Translations under genes and position numbers: made by a program
Shown here: positions 34,151-49,101 of the stretch, piece after piece
Layout: the number at the start of each line of letters is the position of its first letter
How positions within the stretch are numbered: the first letter of the stretch is position 1
The notes under the pieces: model-generated
Database searches by the model: none
Seen by the model: the letters and a program-made list of their open reading frames with translations, nothing else
Told to the model about the DNA's origin: nothing
DNA from: Octopus vulgaris
Lineage: Eukaryota
Direction: 5' to 3'
DNA: 64,000 bases
Assembly: GCA_951406725.2 (NCBI GenBank)
Contig: OX597817.1
Coordinates: 123,380,001 to 123,444,000 of the forward strand

Positions 34151-36224
34151 ATAAGGGATCATATACATGATGGTTTATTAACTAGAAATAACAGTCCCAT
34201 CACGCTTAAATTCTAGCTTACTGTTTCATAAGATATTAAAAAACACTAGATAATGTCCTTCCCGTTCTAGTAAAGTAGACTATGATTTGAGGAAGATCAG
34301 CTGTTCTTTCTAGAACGTTGAGTATCTTCACAGACGCTATATAAGATTCATACATATTGTTTGAATTTTTATGGCAATAAACTATAATCTAATGGAGATT
34401 GGCTGCTATTTTTAGCAATTTGAGTCACGACATATATTGTTTGTTTGGTATCTTTCCAAAATTTAATAAAATAGAATGAAATTTGGAGGAGATTTGACAG
34501 TTATTTCTAATAAGATTAAGCGCCAAATATACGCTCTCTCGTGAATTTGGCGTTCTTCAATTGATGGTGACTTGCTGCTATTTCTAGCAAGTTAAATAAC
34601 TATATGTGTTAGATCTTTGACACTGAGGTGTAGCTTGGGGTAATTTAGCTGCAAATGATTTTGAAGAAGTACTTTTGACATCTCAAACTGTAAAAGCTTT
34701 GGTTGGTAGCCTAAAGTCTTGTCAACTTGGCCAGCTGTGTATTTGCTTCTGAATCAGAAAATGCGTAAATTGATTACCAACAATTAGAGATTTCAATTAA
34801 CTTGTTAAGAAGACACACAAGGAAAACAATGCATTGGTTTATTTTCCATTAAAATTACACAAAAGAAATAGATTTGTGTGTAGAAAATAAAATCAATGTA
34901 TCATTATTGTTAAAGGTTTAATGAGTCCTCTAGGAAACAAACAAACAAAAAAACATATTGTTTTTTTAATCATTCAAGAGACAATTGTTCAATAGTAATT
35001 TAAATAGAACTGGAAATGTTTTGAGAAAGCAAAATATGGTGAGAGAAAACCAAAGAAAAAAAATGAAAACCACGTACATATTTACAAAAAAACAACATTT
35101 AATTAGCGTTATCTTTTGAATATGTATATAATTATATTGAAGCCAATAACAAACAAAACATATAGAGCGAACATCCTACGGATAAATAAATTAAAAGGAA
35201 TAAAACTATATGAAATATTTCATGAAGTATTTTACCGTCAACTAAATGTGACTGCCTTAAGAAACATAGCAGACGGCACCGACGTATGTATTGCTATACA
35301 ATGCAGATACACCATTGAGTGTTTACCCATCTCAACTGACATTTTGAAACTATTATTCCAAGCTACATGCTTAAAACAACTATATGCAAGTTTTCTTTCT
35401 TTCTTACTTTTTTATTCCTTTCTTTCTTACTTTTTTTTTTTTGAACAACAGTTTTTCCTTTACTTTTTATAATTTTCGTTTCAAGACAAGGTTTCAATGG
35501 GTTTTCTCTTTGGATCAACATTCGCTTTTCTTCGATGTGTTAAATGGCACGAACTTTGTTCAGTAACCAGAAGCTATGAAATGTATAACATTATGTACGA
35601 TCGCTTGTGTGCGTATTTAATTTTCATGCATTCACATGCATACAAGTTTATATATGAGTTTCGGTTACATAGAAAAAATACAATTTTCTAGTTTTATATA
35701 CATATATATTTTAGAAATTTTTATTTATTTTTGTATGAGTTCCTTTCAGTTAATTTGAAACAGGAAGGTTCCAAAATTCATCATCCGCATTTCAATATAT
35801 TCACGCGCTCATTTTCTGAATGTAATGATGTTGGCGTGTGTTCGACGCCGTTTTTACAGTAACGAGGCCAATGTGATTGCTGCTAAGAGTGCCAACGGAA
35901 ATTTTATTATTTAGACTTATAGGTCATCAGATGAGAACGTCAATAAACTTTTTTTTAAATTTTTTGTTCCAAATTAACGGAAAAAAATACCTCATACGAC
36001 AATGAGTGTGAGTGTAGGAGAGAGGAAAAAAACAGAACCATGTGCGTGTTTGTTGCATTAAAAAACACAATTCTATGCTACTTTTGTCTTTTATAATAAG
36101 TTCTCTTTTTCAGATATTTTCCAATTAGGTTCCTTTCGGTTAATTTGAAACAGTAAACTTACCATATCCATCACCAATTCTTCTAAGCGTTCCCATGTTT
36201 TCAAAGAATATTCAAAATGAAAAC

Positions 36225-36545
<321 letters not shown>

Positions 36546-37402
36546 AATTTGATAACTTGACAGTCACATCTCGCAATATAGCTATTTATTGGAAAAGTAT
36601 GCACATTTGCTTATTTCCTTTGCCGCAGACTATGAAACCATTAACAAATCCCGACTGTTTGGCAACACAAATAACAGCTTTCTTTAGATTTGTTTAATGT
36701 TTCTTTGTCAAATCATTGTTCAGTTTTCATGTTCTAATCATAGCTAGTCAGTAGCTTGTAAAATTATTGATAGCGGATTTTATGGCACTTCTTTACGCGT
36801 AGATATTTTAACTTACATAAAACAATGGGTATTAATCTAAATACCTCCTTGTGTATTCCTTTGTTTTTAGTTTTGAACGTCCTCCCACGAGTGAAAGATT
36901 CAGTCTCCAGCACAGAAACAAGGCTCCTTCGTTGAATGTTAAACATACGCATCAATTATGTTTTCATGTATGAATGTATGTATGTATGTAGGTCGGTATG
37001 TATTGTTCTATCCATCTTCATATGCAGGCATGTGTACTTATACGTTTGTACGCTTCCATGCCGTTATGTGAATCTGTTTTATAAGTAAATCTGTTTTTAT
37101 TAGTGTGCGTATAGAAATTTTTTAATGTGTGTGTATGTGTGCGTATGCTTGCGTGTGTGCGCGCGCGTGTGTTTGTGGGTACATACAACACGCTACAACA
37201 ATGAAATATTAAGCTCTTATTTTAGTCACGTGATCTCGGCCATACTGGAGCACCGCCTTTAAGGGTTTTGTCAAACACATCGATCCTAGTACTTATTTCA
37301 ATAAGGCTGGTATTTAATCAACCTGACTCATTTTTACAAACCACTAAAATAGAGGGACTTCAAGAAACCAAAACGGGGGTGCCAAACAAATACAAAGGTA
37401 TT

Positions 37403-37455
<53 letters not shown>

Positions 37456-37458
37456 ATA

Positions 37459-37520
<62 letters not shown>

Positions 37521-37583
37521 TATGCGTGTGTGTGCATGTATATATACTTGGAAATGGAGGCGTCGCATTCAATTAAATAATAA

Positions 37584-37622
<39 letters not shown>

Positions 37623-37625
<3 letters not shown>

Positions 37626-38000
37626 GTACAGGACGTCAACAGTGGTGCAAATAACATGAAATACGCAAACAACGAGAAAAATAGAAAATTGGACAAGTTA
37701 ACACAGAGAAAGAACAACACTTCATCAGTTGTCGGCTGTCTATCTACTCCTCATTTCGAGCATTGAACGACAATATGAGTCTTAAATGGCAGTTGCTCCC
37801 TCAAATTCTAGAATAAAGTTTAAAATTTATGGAAGGTCAAAGTGGAACAAAAAATGACATACAAGGAAACCGAACGAAAGCAAATATGGAAAGTCGTTAG
37901 ACCAGAACGAGAGGAAAATAATGGATGGTGGAAAGAGAAAAGATAGAAGTTTGTTTACGTATTTCATGATATTTGCTTCGTTGATGACGTCCTGTACCCA
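37623..38000. mobile_element. Element with ~50-bp terminal inverted repeats inside (TA)n (MITE-like, or a Penelope-like end inversion)
   Basis: TGGGTACAGGACGTCA (37623-37638) and TGACGTCCTGTACCCA (37985-38000) form a perfect 16-bp IR that extends imperfectly to about 50 bp. TA lies on both sides. Confidence 0.75.
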
Positions 38001-38006
38001 TATATG

Positions 38007-38060
<54 letters not shown>

Positions 38061-38099
38061 ATAGTATTCAATTGAATGCTACATATCCATTTCCAAGTA

Positions 38100-38729
38100 A
38101 GTTTATCAATCTTCACCTTTTTCATGCCACTCTCTATACTGTTTTCTTCCTCGATCTTTCTCTAATTCCCTTTTCCTCTTCTTCCCTCTTTCACCCTTTT
38201 CTATATGTTCCCATCTCTCCCCTCTTTCTCTTTTTCTCTCTCCCTTTCTTGTTGCTCGCACGTGGCCATCGTCCGTCGTTCTCTTCATCATGTGACAATC
38301 TTGCTCCTCCTGCACGGACGTTTAAACGGGTGGACTTGTCTCTCTCTCTCTCTGTCTCTGTCTCTGTCTCCCTCTCTCTCTCTTCTGTGTTTTCTCTTTT
38401 CAAAAACACAAAATATTTCTCCCAGCGTTCACTATTTTCCTTTCGTTTTGGTCTAACGACCCTTCATGTTTATTTTTTCGTTTGGTTTCCTGTAATGTTT
38501 TTGTTCCCAACTTTGACCCTCCATAAATCCTATATTTTATCTTGGAATTTATGGGAACAACTGTCTCTGAAGACTCATATTGTCATGGAATGCTCGAAAT
38601 GAAGAGTTGATTGACAGCCGACAAATGATGAAGTGTCTTTCCTCTGTGTTAATTTGTCCTGTTTTTCATTGTTTTCTCCTTATTTACATATTTCATGTTA
38701 TTTGCACCGTTTGTGACGTCCTGTACCCA
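38100..38729 (+). mobile_element. Second, oppositely oriented copy of the same repeat family
   Basis: 38430-38729 is the reverse complement of 37623-37925 (shared AAGACTCATATTGTC, ATGCTCGAAATGA, GACAGCCGACAA, TGACGTCCTGTACCCA). Confidence 0.8.
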
Positions 38730-38746
38730 TATATGCATGTGTGTGA

Positions 38747-38852
<106 letters not shown>

Positions 38853-39829
38853 TATGCACACATACACGCATATACACTTATACGTATAAGTGTTCTTTTG
38901 ACCCTGAGGCTATATTCTGTCCGTTTCTTATTTATTTCATCTTTGCCTTTGTCAATCGTCTTAAATTACATGTATTCACTTTCGTATGTCCACTTCTGCA
39001 TCGCTTGTTATCCATGTATTGCTTACTATTGGCCCTATATTCTCCACAACGTTCACTGTCACCACCAGCTTGGGAATCATCTAAGTCTTATCATTAATGG
39101 TGCAAACTGAGTAATGACATCTAATTGATACCTGATGAAGAATTAAGGACCTTCTGTGTCCGTCTTCCATCCGATTGTGCACTCAATATACGTTATATAT
39201 TTTTTTATTTTTCGTTTGTGCATTTACTATACATTTTTCACCTATTAAGTAACGGAATGCAACGCACCCTGGTTTTTATTAATGGTAAATTATTTTGATA
39301 TCCGTTCGATTCTATTTCTAGCATTTCCTCTTTCTCTTTTTTCCTCTCTTCGTCTCTTCTCTTTTTTTCCTTTCTCTTGCCCTCTTACTTCTATTTCTAG
39401 CCTTTCTTCCTTCTCTTTTTCCTCTTCATCCCTTCCCTGCTTTTTATCTCTGTCTCACACAAACACACACTCTATCTCTCACACCCTCTTTCTACTCTGC
39501 TTGCTGCTGACACTTGGCCCGTGGCCAGCCTTTCTTCCTTTTTCCTTTTTAGGCCGGTCACGTTGCTGCCCGGTCCTAAATTCTCTGTTATACTGGTACA
39601 TATCTTTTTGTCCCTTTAATCCTTTAGGATTGCCCTCTAAGCGTTACCCACCATTCGTGTTCTTTTGGCCTTGTGGCTGTGTTCTGTTCATTTCCTATTC
39701 GTTTCTATTTGTCCCTAGCTTGTTCTGCCCACTTTCTTTCATATTATGAGTGAATCTAGACACCGCATTACTGCAACCTTTTACATGTAACTATGTTAAC
39801 TCTCCTTTGTACCAATTATGTCATAGGAG

Positions 39830-40382
39830 AAGGATGGCCGATGGTTACGTGGGAGCTCCCCTTCCCCCTCCTGTTTTTTCTCCCTTATCTTATCTCCAAC
39901 TTTTTCCTTTCCCCTTCACAGTTCTCTGCCTGTCACTCTCTCTTTCTCTCACTCTTCCTCCCTTGCTCAGATGGCTCCCACGTGACCATCGGTCATCTTT
40001 CTTCTCCTAACTTGTGTTTCTTTCTTTCTCTCCCTTGTAGCTAGATCAAGGAAGGCGTGTTCTTGTCTGTCTCTTGTCCAAGCTTGCTTTACGCCTTCGC
40101 CACCACAGACTCGTTTAGGCTTAGCAGCCTTTCCTGTTTGTTTTCACTGTCCTGAATTTGCTTTGCAGGAGCAACTGTTTTGTCGAAAGCGTATATTGTT
40201 GTTAAATGCTCGAAATACGAGAGTATAAAAACAGCCAACAACTGATGAAGGGTCGTTCTTTATGTTGTTTGTCTTGTTTTTTATTTGTATCTTTCATTGT
40301 TCGAAAAAATAGCTCACATTCCATATACTCGTACTTCGTATTTTGTGTTGTACACGTTTCGTGACCTCCTCTGTCCACATAA

Positions 40383-40385
<3 letters not shown>
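39830..40385 (+). mobile_element. Third, more diverged relative of the 37.6/38.4-kb family
   Basis: GCAACTGT...AATGCTCGAAAT...ACAGCCAACAACTGATGAAG at 40170-40250, a CT-rich body, and an end in (TA)n. Confidence 0.6.
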
Positions 40386-40427
<42 letters not shown>

Positions 40428-40504
40428 TGCAAGTATGTGCATATACGTATGTATATATGCATATAAATATAATTTATATTATATTATATTATATTATATA
40501 TATG

Positions 40505-40553
<49 letters not shown>

Positions 40554-40578
40554 GGACATAAGGATAACCATATTACAA

Positions 40579-40644
40579 GGGACCCGTTGGAAAACTTATT
40601 TAAATAAAAGGGGTCCTTAGTAGTGAAAGGGTTGGGAACCACTG
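40579..40644. mobile_element. hAT/Charlie-like MITE terminus
   Basis: Ends AAAGGGTTGGGAACCACTG, the reverse complement of a CAGTGGTTCCCAACC-type TIR. No partner end was found. Confidence 0.55.
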
Positions 40645-41319
40645 TTATACTTTAAGCCCAGGTTCTTGAATCTGCTTTCGCACATTCTGGTATAGCATGT
40701 AAAAGACTGAGAGGATCTGAGAATGTTATCATGCATCGGTAAGTCCAGCATCGTACTTTGCACAGTTTGCCGAAGAGGACATACCTTATCACTTTGACAG
40801 TTGCAGTAATCTAACCAAATCTATAGGAAGACGGAATTATTCAAATAAATGAAAACAGAAATGGCTTTGAGGCCCTCGAACTTATCTGGTTTTTCTGAGC
40901 AACTACTTTAAACCACCAGATAAGTTCAAGATTGGAGCAACTAAACGAACCGTCAAAAATAGGCATATCGAAGTTACGACTCAAAACAGCTTCAATTTCA
41001 AATATATAAACCGTAAGAGTCAATAAGCACACACACACACATATATGTGTGTATATCTGCCTGCTTTTGTATGTAAGTTAACAATACAATATTCTGTGTT
41101 AATAAATAGCTGACTATCTTACTACTGTCAAACGCGGTGGTGGTGTTTAGAATCAATTTTTTTGTTGAATGTTTACTTCTAAATTTATTACCATCTGTAT
41201 GTGTTAAACACATTACAACAGTTTATCTATACTGCCAATCTTGCCGTTTCCAATGTCTTAATTCATTTCTGTATTTCGTCAATACATACATACATACATA
41301 CATATAGAAGCACTATATA

Positions 41320-41388
<69 letters not shown>

Positions 41389-41929
41389 AATATATATACG
41401 CATATGTGTATCTATAATTATCTATGGTTTAGTCTTTTTTTCTTTTGATAGTTTTGTTATTCAAAACTATTGTTTAGTAGTATTGCTTTAGAAAACTTTT
41501 CGATATTTTCTTCTATTTTTCATATAAAATCATATGCATAATAGAAACAAATATTGAAATTTTGCTGATATGATTTTTTTTATTGGTATTTTCTCTTTAT
41601 CTTACATAGATTTTCCCAATTATATTTTCTTTTTTTATTTATTACAATATAATTGTAAATCTTATTTTTTAAAAAATGTATTTTTTTCGCCTTTCAATGA
41701 CATAAATTAATAGGATCATTGTGTCAATATTCAATTAGATTTCATTTGAGAGCGTTTGATTTATCGTTCTTTTACTATTATTGTTTTTTTTTCTGTTTTT
41801 ATTTTTCCTTTTTCTTCTCTGAAATAAATTTAATCTATTTAATACTTAACCCTTTAATTTTCAAATGAAAATAGTAATTTTATAACAAAGTTGCAAGACC
41901 TCAAATTTCTGGAAAATATATGTATGTAG

Positions 41930-42038
41930 GTATCTATATCTATCAATCTATCTGTCAGTATGTCTGTCTATTTATTTGTCTCTTTATCTATCTAGCTATC
42001 TCTCTATCTATCTATCGCTCTATCTATCTATCTATCTC

Positions 42039-42105
<67 letters not shown>

Positions 42106-42150
42106 CTCTATATCTATGTATATGTATATATATATGTATATATATGTATG

Positions 42151-42212
<62 letters not shown>
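41930..42212. repeat. (TCTA)n/(TA)n microsatellite
   Basis: Seen directly. Confidence 0.95.
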
Positions 42213-42215
<3 letters not shown>

Positions 42216-45200
42216 CCAGTCTACCCAACATATTGATTTTTATATCAGAAATTTTTTGTACTACAAAATATACTTCGATATATTTTAGAACTTTAAATAC
42301 GCCCACAGTCACACACTTACACACACATACACACGTGTGTGTGTATATATATATATGTGTATGTGTATGTGATTATAACTTTGTGTGGGAGAGAGAGAGT
42401 GTGTGTGTGTGTACGTTTTTGTTGACTGTCGGTAAGACGAGTACTCAGTACCTAGAGTCGAGATTGATAATACAGTTTATTTTAGTTCAGTCAGTTTCTT
42501 TTTTGCTATTTTCTCAGTGGCTTCACTGTTAGATTATGACCCATAAATTGTCTGAGGGCCTCGTACAACTATTGGCGAAATTCAGAGTTGTAAAAGACTG
42601 ACTCGACAAATATATACTTGAATATACATGCACACACACGCTCCCCCCGCACATATATGTAGATATAAGCGTACATATATATGCATATATATATATACAC
42701 ATCACATGGCAGATAACTTTAGAAGTATATTTTTGCCCCATGGGTAATATCAGAAAATATGGCAAACATACAATATTTATGATTTTACGTCTATTAAATT
42801 TCTTGTTGCTTATACAAAAGGATGAAATCAATACTAATTTTCAAATGAAAAATATTTATTACCTTAAAATTAATATATGTATGGATATGAATATATATGT
42901 GTGTGTGCGTGTGTGCCAGTATGCATGTATGTATGCATTTATTTCTGTGTGAATGTATTTATATGTGTGCATATGTGTGTGTGTGTATTCGTGTATGCGG
43001 GGATATGTTATATATGTTTATATATACACACATATATTTATATATGTACTTCTCAGTGAATCTGTATTTATTCTCACTAATACAAGCATATTTTTCTGTT
43101 TATGTTTTATACAAACATGTTTTTATTTATGTCTATGCGTCTCTATTAAACTTTGTTTTACAGAGACGGAGAAACATAAAGAAAATGTTTATTTGTCTCC
43201 ATAATTGACCTTCTATCTCTCGACCTATAACTCTCTACCTACCCCTACTCTCTTCTTCCTCAGACTGTCTAAATTCTATTGTAATTCAATTGTTACACTG
43301 TGGCGCCCAAATTCAGACCGAAATTGTATTAATGGTGCACGTATCCGTAAAACGTTAATTTGGTCGAATAACTGAATCATCATCGTTGATACCGATAGAG
43401 AATTCATTACCATGTGAGCCAATGTCACTTAATTTAGGCTTTAGAGTACAGTTACAATGAGAAAGATGTAACTATTATTTTCAGCAGGTAAACCTACCGC
43501 GTAAAAAGGCTTTATAGCTGGCTAGAGTATATCAAAGTTATTTTCGACATTGAAAAAGTACGAGACTTTCAGAAGAATGTTTTACACGTTCGTGCATGAG
43601 GTAAAGTAGAACAACTTAGCACCACCACAACACATATTTAATTAGATTATTACAGACATAGAAATAGATCTCTGTGTCTGACAATGTTTCCAGAGAATAG
43701 TTTCCTCAAAGAACAAATGTGTAAAAGATATTCCAGTATTCCATTTTCTTTTTCCCTGCTTAGAAATAAATGTCAAGAACGTTTAGATATAAAATACAGT
43801 TTTATGTGGCTAAAATGAAATATTTCAAGATGCTTAACGCATCCGTACATCTATATTCTATATATAAAAACAAACCCATCTACCTCATTGTACGACTCGT
43901 CATTTATTTGTTGTTGTTCTGTTTTGTTGTTGCATTTCAAATACGCTGCTTACAATACATCATTAATGTTTTCTTTCCTTTAACTCAAACACGAGACATA
44001 AATTAAATAAAAGTTTTATTAGCGCACTAGTAATAAATAAGAAAGGAAAGCACTATACTCACAAACAAAATATGTAAAGTAAGCGGAAGATAAAGAATTT
44101 CTAAAAACAAATGACCATAAAAAACACAAGCGTATTATCAGCAACATTATTGAAACTAGAAGGAAAGTTCTAGATATATTTGTTCGATCGGCCTCGTATC
44201 ACCAACCAAACTTTTCTTCAACAAATTTCAACACACCACAATGATGGTAGAATGGACATGGAGCTTATTAAAAGAAAACAAGTTTCAGTACAATGTTTTT
44301 ATACACTAATCTTTTCCTTTGCTTTTGTTGTTGTTTAGTCCCACTTTTGGCACTGACATTTTCATCGTTACCGTCTAGTGTATATTTTCAGGCAGAGTTT
44401 ATCAAGGACTGTATTATTATTATTATTTTTACACACTCTTACTTCACTTTTTTGCCTCTTTTAGTATGGCGTTATATAGTTTGAGGCAGACTTTGCTACT
44501 CTTTTAGCAGGTCGAACGCCCACAGAGATATCCATCGCTGAACTGACGGGTGGCTTCCCATCATAGATAATCTTGATAAATCTAAAATATTTGGTTCTCA
44601 TAGTAGTTTATGTGTAATGCCTCTTGAATAATATATACAGAAATGTTGTATATTTATTTTAGTAATTAGTAACATCACTGCATCTTTTATTTTTTATCTT
44701 GAAAATGAACTAACGCGATATGTCTAGCAACATACATATAGCAATAAAAAGGAAATTATAGACAAACACAGTGGTCTTTGATTGTCATTCAACTGCTGGG
44801 CAAATTTGCTTTCGACAGCCCGGCAAGCAATAGAAATTTTAGTGAATGCAATGAACATAGTAAAATATTAAGTCGATGCAATATAACAGGATATTATAAA
44901 ATTACTTTATGTTAATCAACATCTATAATATACAACTTCTGCTTTTGAATCTACATGGAACATACCTGTACAGAATGTTTAATGGAAACCTTGAAATCTT
45001 TGAAATGAGTAGTTCAACTTAAGTGTTATTAATGCTAGGTTTGTTTTGTGTATGACTTGCAATCAACTCAAGCCAAGTTATTCATCTTCAATGCAGCCAT
45101 TCCATCGTTTTACATGCACATAATAACTCCAACACTCAAATTTTTTATGGTTAAACTGACCAACGCATTTGATATCTGAGCTTTTGTGTTTAACTGATTT

Positions 45201-46111
45201 TTATGGTTAGCCGATATTTCCCGAGATTACAGTGCATATCTACGAAATAATAATTGCCTCATTTCTCTTCAATACTTGAATGTTTTCTGACTATACTGTC
45301 CACTTTTTACTATCCTACAATATTACATTTCTGAAACATGCATCATCATATAGATAGTTTGTATTTGAATCGAACAGGAAGTCCTGTAATTGTTGCTGTT
45401 GTTATTGGTAAAACTATGGTAGCAATCAAATAGGTAACCAATCGAAATGAAGCATATTATCTGTATCTTTTAGTTATAATCTTTCCATTTATACTAAAGG
45501 AATGCCATTCTAATATCTTCGACATAAAACTTATTGTCTTTGTTTTGAAGAGAATAAGATTTTTCCTGCAAGAGATTTGTTATATTAATACGTTTAAGCA
45601 AATAGCTACAAACTAACAGGTTCGAAAGATTGCATATTTATCTTTCAGTAACTTGGCAAAAGAAAAACAGGAAAAGTATTGGTAAATATATAATGCATGA
45701 AATTTTTAAAACCTAATGAGAAATAAATATACATTCATACATTCATACATATATATATTTACACATATACACGAACACACACGTACCCACATGAGTGGAA
45801 AACTATATACGTACACATAGACACACACAAATACACTCACACGTATACATAGTCTTTTATTATCCAAGCATTCATTTCCAATACCTTACCACGAAACTCC
45901 AATAGTAATCTCCGCTATTAAAACTTTTCTACATATTCCGAATTAGTGGTGATTTACTGAATTCTTTTTATCCATTTTTAAAACTTAACATGCGTATACA
46001 TACATATATACGTAATATATAGATGCATCGTTAAGCACACATATACACTCACACATACACACGCACACACATATAAATGCAATCATACATACATATATAG
46101 ATATACATATA

Positions 46112-46470
46112 GTGGAACATTGCCATCAAAATTTCTGCAAGTGCAAACATAGCAAGCCTGGTAGAGTTATTTGGGACAGAAAAGAGAAAAATTGTATCGT
46201 CGTGGAAGCTAACTGTTTAGCAGGTGTGAACATCTTTTTCGAAAAACCAACGAAAATTTATGGACAACTGCTTCGGAACCCGCATTTGTGTTACGTTAAT
46301 TGTAGATGCACATTTATACCAATAATCACTGGGGCACTAGGTTAAGTTAGTAGATGTATAAACAACAACCTGAAAAAGCAAAGAACGAGGCCGGCTAATG
46401 TGCACATGTCACATATAATCTGTAAATTAACAGAAAAATATGCAAAACTTTGGAATTCAAAATATGCAAT
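46112..46470 (+). mobile_element. Decayed R4/Dong-like RLE fragment
   Basis: CKHSKPGRVIWDRKEKNCIVVE...IYGQLLRN...FIPIITGALG. Confidence 0.7.
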
Positions 46471-46578
46471 GACTCATGTCGTTATCCAAATTCCAGTAAT
46501 GAGGCTTCGGTATCTTCTGTTAAAAACCGGAGCCTGGCTTGTAGTACGGATTCTAAACAAACTGTGAAAGTGTACATA

Positions 46579-47016
46579 GACGTATGCGTGGCTGTGTAGA
46601 AAGAATCTTGCTTCCTAACCATATGGTCCCAGGTTCAGTCTCATTCCGCTGCATCTTGGGCAAGTGTATTTTACTATAGCCTCGGCGGACCAAAGCTTTG
46701 TGAATGGATCTAATAGACGATGTATGTATATCTGTATGCATGTATTTATATATGTATATATATATATATATATGTATGTATGCATTTATGTATGCATATA
46801 TCAATGTGTGAGTGTCTTTGTGTCTGTGTTTATCCCCCTCCATCGCTTGACAACCGGTGTGGAATGTTTACGTCCCCGTTAATTAGTGGCCCGGCGAAAA
46901 ACACTGATAGAAACAGTATTAGGCTTTAAAAAAGTGTTAGGTCAATATGTTTGACTAAAACCTTTCAAGGTGGTGCCCCAGAATGGCCGCAGTCAAATGA
47001 CTTAAACAGGTAAAAG
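46579..47016 (+). mobile_element. SINE type D
   Basis: GTGGCTGTGT head, GGTTCAGTC B-box-like motif, CATCTTGGGCAAGTGT, and tail ATGGCCGCAGTCAAATGAC. Confidence 0.85.
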
Positions 47017-47478
47017 CTATATACATTTTTACATTGTATTTTATTCATTTAAAGATATCGAATTTTAAAATAAAAACAATGATTTGTCTAAATTAAAATT
47101 TCGAAGGTGATTTTTCTGGTTTTACTTCGTAAAATAAAAATTTATGATTTTTATCAGAACTGATTATTAATATATTTACATACTATTTATAAAAACACAA
47201 ACGACCGCATTTCCCTAAGTGAGGAATAAATTTCCGAAGATAGTATGTGTCGGTACGATAGAAACAATGAAATTAGCAGATATGGGGAGAAATAGATGGA
47301 ACTGAATTTGTAGTAGAAGAGTAATTAACTTATAGAGAAAGACAGAACAGACGGGAAAAAATATTTGCCAATGCGATGTGCGAGTATAAGATCATTTTCT
47401 GGTGTCAAATCTTTCTCTTCTTCTCATATCCCAACGGGGTGACGTGGCAGAACCATGTGTGTATGTGTGTGTTTGCGA

Positions 47479-47571
<93 letters not shown>

Positions 47572-47920
47572 AGAATAACAAACCTAAGAGTAAAGTTGGA
47601 AATTCTGTTTTGTAGAGACCATTGACATATGTAATGTTTAAATCGTATGTAAATAATGAAAATTATCCATTTTCCACTAATGTAATCAAATTTAATGACA
47701 TGCTGTTCCATTAGTTGCTATAGGACAGAAATTCAATAACATTATTAAATAACGTATCCACTCACAAACGTGTCCATATTGTTCTAACTTCACTTTCACT
47801 TTCTGAATACATACACATACGTGTGTATTTCAATACGCACGCACGCACACACACGCATGCACACACATATGTGTATATGAATATTTTTGTGAATACAATA
47901 TATATATATACATCTACGTA

Positions 47921-48023
<103 letters not shown>

Positions 48024-48373
48024 TATAGGTGGATACATTCATAACTGCATACTTATTGCATTATAGTTAATAAAATAATACTGTATTTTCTCTTGTTTGA
48101 TGCACAGTTTATTAACCTTCTGCACAATCCTAAATGTATTGTTGTGCAGCAAATATTCAACTACCGCCATTTTCAATTTGCAATAGAGTTTCCATGGTTC
48201 CCCTCAGCTAGTCAACAGCGAGTTTTAATGACCACTTTGTTAATTAATAAGTATATTTTTAACATTATGTGTTCAATGTAACAGGATACTCAGAGTAAAA
48301 ACCATTATCAAATATGTTACCCGTTCTGCGACATTTATTGCTGCTATTGCATTATTATACAATAAGTGTGTGC

Positions 48374-48424
<51 letters not shown>

Positions 48425-49101
48425 GTTCTGTTTCATTCATATATTCATATGTATATGTAAAAAACGACTGAGGAAAAATATCTTAAGCGGTCTTTCGAAT
48501 AAAAGTTTAACACCAAATTGGTCATTATTATACTTGGTGGCGTATAACAAGGAATTTTAAGTAATCAATTATAAAAACCAATGTGATCATATCTTTAAGT
48601 TACGGTTTTAAATATAGTTAGAAGCTTATGCGAAGAGAGGACATACCTGTCCGATGAATGGGTGGTTATGTTTTCAAACTTACTTAATTTTATTGTTATA
48701 TTTCGGAATGGTTCTGTTTATTTTTTACCATATAAACTCAAACACTATGTAGTTGTTCTTCACTTGTTCATTATTGTTCTTATTTTATGTCCATTTCTGG
48801 AAATCGTTCGTCTCACGTCCTGCGACCTCTTCTGTGACTCTCAATTCCACGTAACTCCTGTTTTGTTTAGTCCATTCTGCCTTTCAACGGTGCACATCCT
48901 CATCTGCCTGAGCATGCGTTTGTGCCTGTGTGTGTGCGTGCGTGTATGTATGCGTGTCTATCTGTTTTGTATGTGTGTTTTGTGTATCTGTGTGTGCAGA
49001 TGGTTTTTTGTTTGTCTCCGTGCCTTTTATAAAGTTTTTTTCATTTATTTACTTTTTATCTCTATTTTCCCCATTTTATCTTAGATATGTTTTTTGTGAC
49101 G

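Noticed and set aside
34180-34650. Repeat-spacer pattern resembling a CRISPR array
   Set aside because: Repeats are degenerate, spacing is irregular, there are no cas genes and the context is eukaryotic.
38560-38635. Hammerhead in the 37.6/38.4/40.2-kb family (CTCGAAA ... CTGATGAAG)
   Set aside because: The core words are present, but helices II and III and the NUH site could not be formed consistently across the three copies.
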